DNA from: Somniosus microcephalus
Lineage: Eukaryota
NCBI GenBank assembly: GCA_052327205.1
Contig: CM126207.1
Coordinates: 241,056,001-241,120,000 of the forward strand
DNA length: 64,000 bases
Reading direction: 5' to 3'
The notes under the pieces are model-generated. The model did no database searches, was not told where the DNA came from, and saw only the letters and a list, made by a program, of their open reading frames with translations. Position 1 is the first letter of the stretch, and every line of letters begins with the position of its first letter. This document shows positions 60,498-64,000 of this stretch, one piece after another. Both the position numbers and the translations under genes were made by a program.

Positions 60498-62728
60498 GTA
60501 TGAAATGGGCTTGGATAAGAGGCTGCTTTTACACATCACAAGAGAGTGCATCATACCAGTGTATCTCCCCTGGTCTTGCACAGGATCATGCCGCGGAAAC
60601 GGTATGTCTGTCTGCTATGTTTCTTGTAACCGGCCGAGAGGTTACAGTGCCACTACTGGAGCAAAAAGGATCAACCAGTATTTTTTGTAGTATTGGGTGT
60701 TTAGAGGTTACAGTGCACCAGCTCCAATGGACGTAAGAACAGCAGTCACTCCGTTACAATGATACCCATTGCTTTCAATGTATTGCGGTTGCCAACCCAA
60801 GGATTTTAATATAATATTAGTCGATCTCTTGTGACGTTGCATGTGATAAGTCAGAGAATATAGTTACTCCCTTGCGTGTCTCTAATGTCTTTGTGTTGCC
60901 CTTTCTCTGTTTCTATCACTTTCTCTTCTCTGATGCTTCTTCCCTCAACTCTTCCTTTTCCTCCCCATGTATAAGTGATTAGCATTGACCTTTTCTAACC
61001 GTCCAATGGAGATAATTAGTTGCTGTCAGAATTTAACTTTTTTGAAAATTGAAGTAATAAATGAAGACAGCTAGCTCTCATTCTCTTTTTCTCTCGCTGT
61101 CTTGTTTTTCCTCTCTTCCTTAGCTTAATACACCATTTTAAAGTTTATAAAACATAAAACAAAAGCTACAATAGGTGTGTAATTACAATATTTTTTTCTC
61201 AGACACACACAGCCCATTTTTCAAAAGAAAACATACTCAACATAAATCTTACCTGAGTAAATCTTTTAAAATTTATGTTTTTTATCAAAATGATTTGAAG
61301 AAAAGCAACTGAACCAAAGGTTCTAGGAAGTATACAAAAATAATCCCATCAATACAACCGATGGAATTATACTGATATACCCTGAGAAATTAGTTACATG
61401 CTTAGGCTGGATGATCCAAAGATGGCTCACAGAGTCACAGCTCTGGCAAAAAATATTGACCCCAAGTCCAGGCTTTTGGGAAAGGCGGAGACCAAGTAAA
61501 ATCTTTAATGAAGGCATTAAAAGACACAGGACAGTTCAGTGGATAATATTAATCCTGATGTAGTGAAATATGTAATTTTTTGATTAAAAAGGACTGTTTA
61601 AACCCTTATTTTAGACATTAGAAATTTCAGTTACTAAGAAAAATGATGCATGAAAACAAATTCAAAAGCATTTTGTGCAATCTCCGTAATAAACTCTCAC
61701 TATAAACTAGCAGCTGTTATGTGACTTTTAGCATTAAAAAATCCCTATCTCTGCGCCTCCTACAGGAGTAACAAATACTGCAGGTAGATAACATGTTTCC
61801 AGTGACATGCACACCTGATGTACCAAATTTAATATATAATAGATTATAGATGGATCTGAAAGTTCCAGCATACTTCAGGTGCATGGCAGCAGTAGTTTAG
61901 TCTGTTACAATACATTTAAAATCTTTAATCTAATTGGGGAGTACTGTGATAACCTGCATTCCTGTTCTTTCCATGATACCTGTTTGCTGCCCAAGTCACC
62001 CGTACATTTACCTGTGGTTTTCAAATTGAAAGAATAACAAGTTCTTTAACAGTGGAGGGACCGATGGTGCACAATTTCTTTTATCTGCTGAGACCATCTG
62101 CAAATGCTGGATTACACCTCTGAGGCGCTGCACACAGTTTATTTCATCCTGCTGTAATTGGGCTGCCAGCATATTCATGGATGAGATGACATGTCCTGGG
62201 GTAGCAGGTCTCTATTTGATGCTAGAAAGTCATGTCCAATATTGACTTGGCTGTAATTATGACGCAACAAAGTTGATCTTCACACTTTCTGCATTCGACT
62301 GTGCCATTATTTATACCTAAAGCTTTGATTTCCTTCACTGCGTGGCTTTAAACCAGGGATGTCAAACTATGACCAATGGGCCACAAGCAACGTGCACACC
62401 TTGGGTATCTGGCCCGCAAAACCCAGGCAACTTGGTTCTGTTTACAATTATAATTCTTACTCGTAGGGTTCTCCTGTTGCAATTTTGTGGATCTGGAGGT
62501 TTGGAAAGGGTTTGCTTTGCCATATTGGTGAAATTGCTGATTTGATGTTATTGGTTGAGATCCTGTAAAGCACTGCCACTCAAATCCCAGGAGAGAACTG
62601 AAGAGCACATTTCAGTGGTAGTTGGAAGATTCAATTGTGTCTCAGCAGCAAGAAACAATCACTGTTAATTACTATTAATTTCATCAGGTCAGATTTTCAA
62701 TGTGCAACAATTTCTCGTGTCTTTCCAG

Positions 62729-62862
62729 AACTGCTAGCTAGGTTGCTGATCAATTCCTTTGAGAATTACGAGTTGGAGAGTATAATCACTGCATTCCTGC
62801 TTGCACGCCAGGCTGCACTGGAGGGACCAGCTGTTTTCATCAGCTATTCCGAATGGTTCAAG
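62729..62862 (+). CDS. FANCA: FANCA exon 14 (134 nt)
   Basis: ..[25 protein letters not shown] resembles human [25 protein letters not shown]. Confidence 0.98.
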
Positions 62863-63436
62863 GTAAGACAAAAATAGCACTCTGGAATCTACTTAACTGC
62901 CTTATCGTTCAGGAAAAGTAGGTCCCCTCTCACTTCTACAGGAGGAATATGGCAATCCTGACTATTGTACTGATTCTAAAAATTGCAGAATACGTGCTGA
63001 GGATATAATCTGATTCAAAAGCAAAATTCAGTCTGATTTAGTCAGGCTGGGCACTCTTGGAAATAATTATTGACATTCTTTGAGAGAATCTCAGTTGGAA
63101 TCTTATGAGGTTCCATAATAGCTGAATCACAAATAGCTCAAAGCATTATTTGAACACACGGAGAGGGGGAGGGATAGACAGAAGGGTGTAAGGTAGCCTT
63201 ATTGGGCAAAGTAATTGAGGACTTATTCAGGGCAAGATACTCTGAGACTCGCTGCTCAATTTGAGATAAGTGCCTCACATTCTTTCCCCTCGCCGCCCCC
63301 ACCCCGGTCCTCAACCCCACAGGTAAATACTTCAGACGTTGACTAACAACCCTACAAAATGGCTCTTTCCAACAGACTTTGCATTGTTCTGGCCTTTGCC
63401 TGCTTACTTAATCTCCTAAGGGAGCTACATAACCAC

Positions 63437-63920
63437 TGTTAGCGGATTTCTTAGTGGTTACTGTCGCAACAACGGGTTGTTAGTCCGGCGACAAAAACTC
63501 CGCTTATGATTGATGCACGAGTGGGTTTTTATTACTTTATTACAGTGACTGATTTGGTCTTCCATTTATATGAAATGACATGCAAATAATACAACCTGGT
63601 TCCCAGGCTCCGACTACTCCCGAGAGTGCTCTCTGATGTCGGGGAACAAGACAAGTCCTGGAGTGACCAGCTCCCGCCCTCCACGTAGCCCTCAAGAACA
63701 CCTTGAAGTTAAAGGGGACCTGGCTCTATTCTTGTACTCTAATACAACCTTGGCCTGTGCTTACATAATACGTAGTTTGCACGTTTAGCTGAAGCCGCAT
63801 TTTTAGGTGTTTACCCAGCTTCTAATTTTCCCAGCCTTTTGCCTCTGTGCTACAAGCTTTGTTTATAGTGCAATAAGTGCTTGGGCCAAATATTTACCCC
63901 GTTCCCATGTCCTATATAGA
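63437..63920 (-). mobile_element. Possible LTR-like insertion
   Basis: Begins with TGTTAG and has TTTATT twice at ~63530-63540. Right boundary and TSD not resolved. Confidence 0.3.
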
Positions 63921-64000
63921 GACAAGATTAAGTTCCCTTTCTCTCATCTTTGCTCTACCACTAAATGCTAAAAGAAAGGAATGCTGGGGTAGATAGACTT

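Noticed and set aside
62352-62620. hAT-like terminus (CAGGGATGTCAAAC..GGCCCGC)
   Set aside because: No matching second TIR or 8-bp TSD found.
1-64000. Prokaryotic systems (CRISPR arrays, operons, defence islands)
   Set aside because: The sequence is vertebrate, with spliceosomal introns and no repeat-spacer arrays.

Overview
Eukaryotic genomic DNA, most likely from a cartilaginous fish (shark). This is inferred from the repeat spectrum: dense CR1 and L2 LINEs, V-SINE/HE1-like, Deu-type and LF-type SINEs, and Penelope termini. The right half holds the promoter (~30.5 kb) and first 14 coding exons of FANCA on the + strand (31075-62862, 1359 nt, 453 codons; the gene continues past the window). 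All introns are GT-AG, phases chain without stops, and exon lengths match human FANCA as I recall them. The left half is intergenic and rich in LTR elements: a near-intact Mag-type Gypsy provirus (15300-20434), a rearranged Gypsy fragment flanked by a 142-bp target duplication (12071-13909), two related ~1.5-kb solo LTRs facing each other (21110-25063) and a smaller solo LTR. Almost every other ORF in the track is a LINE fragment or antisense noise. I found no clearly novel protein-coding system; the most unusual signals are mobile-element architectures. Family names come from recall of motifs, not database searches, and boundaries of old repeats are approximate.
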